Assembly (NCBI GenBank): GCA_001244265.2
Contig: CDLV01000004.1
Span: 558,001-622,000, forward strand
DNA length: 64,000 bases
Source: Microbotryum violaceum
Lineage: Eukaryota
Direction: 5' to 3'
In this document: piece after piece, positions 61,885-64,000 of the stretch
Numbering within the stretch: the first letter of the stretch is position 1
Layout: every line of letters starts with the position of its first letter
Translations under genes and position numbers: made by a program
The notes under the pieces: model-generated
What the model was told of the DNA's origin: nothing
Seen by the model: only the letters and a program-made list of their open reading frames with translations
Database searches by the model: none

Positions 61885-63402
61885 TTCTTCTTCTTTTGTT
61901 GATCATTTCGGGATCATCGCTGATTCCAACAGACCCGGGTGGACAGCAGGTCATACAGCCGCTACCAGGGATCAGAATGCCGAATTAGGGCCAACTCCAG
62001 ACGACAACAATTTGGGATGTGGTGAGGAAGACCTACCGGCATGCAGGGCTGTCGAGAGGAGTCTTGGGCGACCAGGAAATCGCGCCTCTCGGGTCTGAAC
62101 GTATGAGGGGTCAATAGCTGAAGGGTAGGCTGCCAAACGGGAGTAAGGGGGCCGCCGTGACTTGCCCGAGAAAGACTACCAGTGCGACGCCGGAACCCGC
62201 AGCGAACAAGGGGAGGAAAATTAGGCGTCAATACAATACGTCCGATGTTTTCTGGGAGGTGGTAGACGAGAAGGAAGCTCCAGAGCTCAGTTGCATCTTA
62301 CTGATGCGATGTGTATGCGGGTGCATGACGTATTCGGGCCGCACCGACCGCCGGCTACCGAGGGCATCGGCCCGCTACCCACTGCATCCAACGGTTCGGG
62401 GCCACATTCCACGCGAAGCACATGTTACAAACTTAAAAACAACACCAAAATGGACACACCGAATAGCGTGTCATGCTTTGGTACCAAATGTCGCGGTCTC
62501 AATATTCGACGGTTGCATTGGTATTAGTGATGCTTCGGCACCGAAGACGAAGCCCCTGTGCACCTGACACCTCGCTTCACGGTGAACATTCCCGGCCGCA
62601 CGCAAGCCAAGGACTGCCGTCCGAAGCTGATTACTCCTGAAATCATCAACTTCAAGTAGCCCGTGACCGAAATCGAGTGGTGGATTCGCTGCATGACACG
62701 CGGGATGATTCGCATCTGGAAGTGACGGGTCGCGGTCACTGCATCCCGAGATCGATGCTAATTCTGACAGGATACCGCCGTAGAAATTGAGGAAGATGGA
62801 GGTCTACTGTAACTATAATCCATAAAATCCTGTTCATGAATGTACTCACCAGTTAACGGGTGATCATACCATGGAGCACTTGCGAGGCTCGGACCGGACT
62901 GAAGTTGTTCAGGGCTACGTTCCTTGGTAGGTGGACGACAGCTAGCGTTTGATCGCCTGCAGAGTTGACTTACATGGGCTCACTCGGTTTGCGCTGCTAG
63001 CTGTGTACAAGGGCCACTCAAGTTTCAAGAAGGCCCTGCCGCCCCTCGTACGAGTGCCGATGCCTATGAAGTCAGAAAGGCAGCAAGCTGGCAGCTCAGG
63101 ACAATCACAGCGCAGACAAAGGCGGCCAAAGAAGAAGGCTATCACCTTGGCAGGGTAAATTTTGCAGGATTTCGCCCTCAGCTCCTGTTCACTGAATCAG
63201 TCCTTTCCTGAGGCTCAGACCGTCTGGGATTGTTTAGGGGTCAATGGGCATGAGCTCATGGCATCAGCAAAATGGCCAAACGCGCGTAAGCGCGCGAAAC
63301 CTCGTAAAGCAGTCGTTAAGCGGCCTAGAGCTGCTCTTAAGCGCCCTTAACCACTCGTTAAGCTGCGCGCGCGTTAAGTGTCGCTTAAGTGTACCCTAGA
63401 TA

Positions 63403-64000
63403 CCAGTGGGAACCCGTTAAATTAACGGGAGGATGAAATTCAAATAGCAGGATAATTGTACAGTCTACGCGATTTCAGTTCAAAAACCCCAATACGAAGA
63501 AGAAACAAAATCCATTCATCCTACATTCTTCGCCGAAACAGCCTGCATGTCGCTTGTTGCTGGACTTGGCTTCAAACACTCGTGCAATGAGATCCGGACG
63601 GTTGCATGCTTTGTCATTCGGCCCCAGTGCAGCCTTGATTTCCGGTGCTTCGGGGTCGTACGTCATCGTGATGAGCAGCGGAGGCTTTCCATGTTTGACA
63701 ACGCACGCCATCGCATCCTGGTATCGCTGCCACGTGATGTCGCGCGGTCTATTCTTGAACGTCGAGCCCAAGGTCATCGAACTTCCAATTTGATTCGGGG
63801 TCAAGCCGTTGATGCCTTGGGTCGTGGTGAGGCGTAGGTTCTCTTCTTGATGCAACCGGATATGTTGAGTCGATCGGTCTCAGCCTGGGAGTATCTTTCG
63901 ATCACGAACGCCGGGAAGGGACGTCGAGTGCTATGCGGGCTTGTCGCGTTTGTGCAAGTAGAACGCAAAGGATTTGTGAACGCGAGACTCACCACCTTGA
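63403..64000 (-). mobile_element. 3' end of Helitron 3, same non-autonomous family as Helitron 2 (continues past the window)
   Basis: YQDAMACVVKHGKPPLLITMTYDP..NRPDLIARVFEAK. Hairpin CCCGTTAAATTAACGGG at 63413-63429, then CTGG|T. Confidence 0.88.

Overview
Eukaryotic, intron-containing DNA from a fungus. A basidiomycete, probably Pucciniomycotina (Microbotryum-like), is my inference from the gene content, short GT-AG introns and TCG>TTG hypermutation of repeats. About 70% of the window is transposable elements, and every element I can orient lies on the minus strand. From left to right: (1) the gag end of a DIRS/Ngaro-like retroelement; (2) a Helitron split by a gag-only Copia element (A), whose 5' LTR is itself split by a complete Copia element (B); (3) a full-length L1-clade LINE abutting the tail of a truncated second LINE; (4) a non-autonomous Helitron; (5) three host genes (Ser-rich hypothetical, Lsb5-like VHS/GAT protein, large Ser/Pro-rich protein); (6) a TIR DNA transposon encoding GCM-like + Mutator-type DDE + USP-like peptidase domains, interrupted by a third Copia (C); (7) an ApsB/Mto1-like gene; (8) another full-length LINE; (9) an atypical tRNA-like gene; (10) the 3' end of a second copy of the non-autonomous Helitron. 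The most unusual observation is in the LTRs of Copia A and B. Each of these unrelated LTRs holds an apparent spliceosomal intron whose 3' part is an exact copy of the preceding exon end, a layout that could regenerate the intron during reverse transcription. Other highlights are a roughly 32-nt half-tRNA-Met PBS shared by A and C, non-canonical LTR termini, and the USP-like peptidase cargo. All calls were made by eye without database searches. Many frameshifts may be assembly indel errors.
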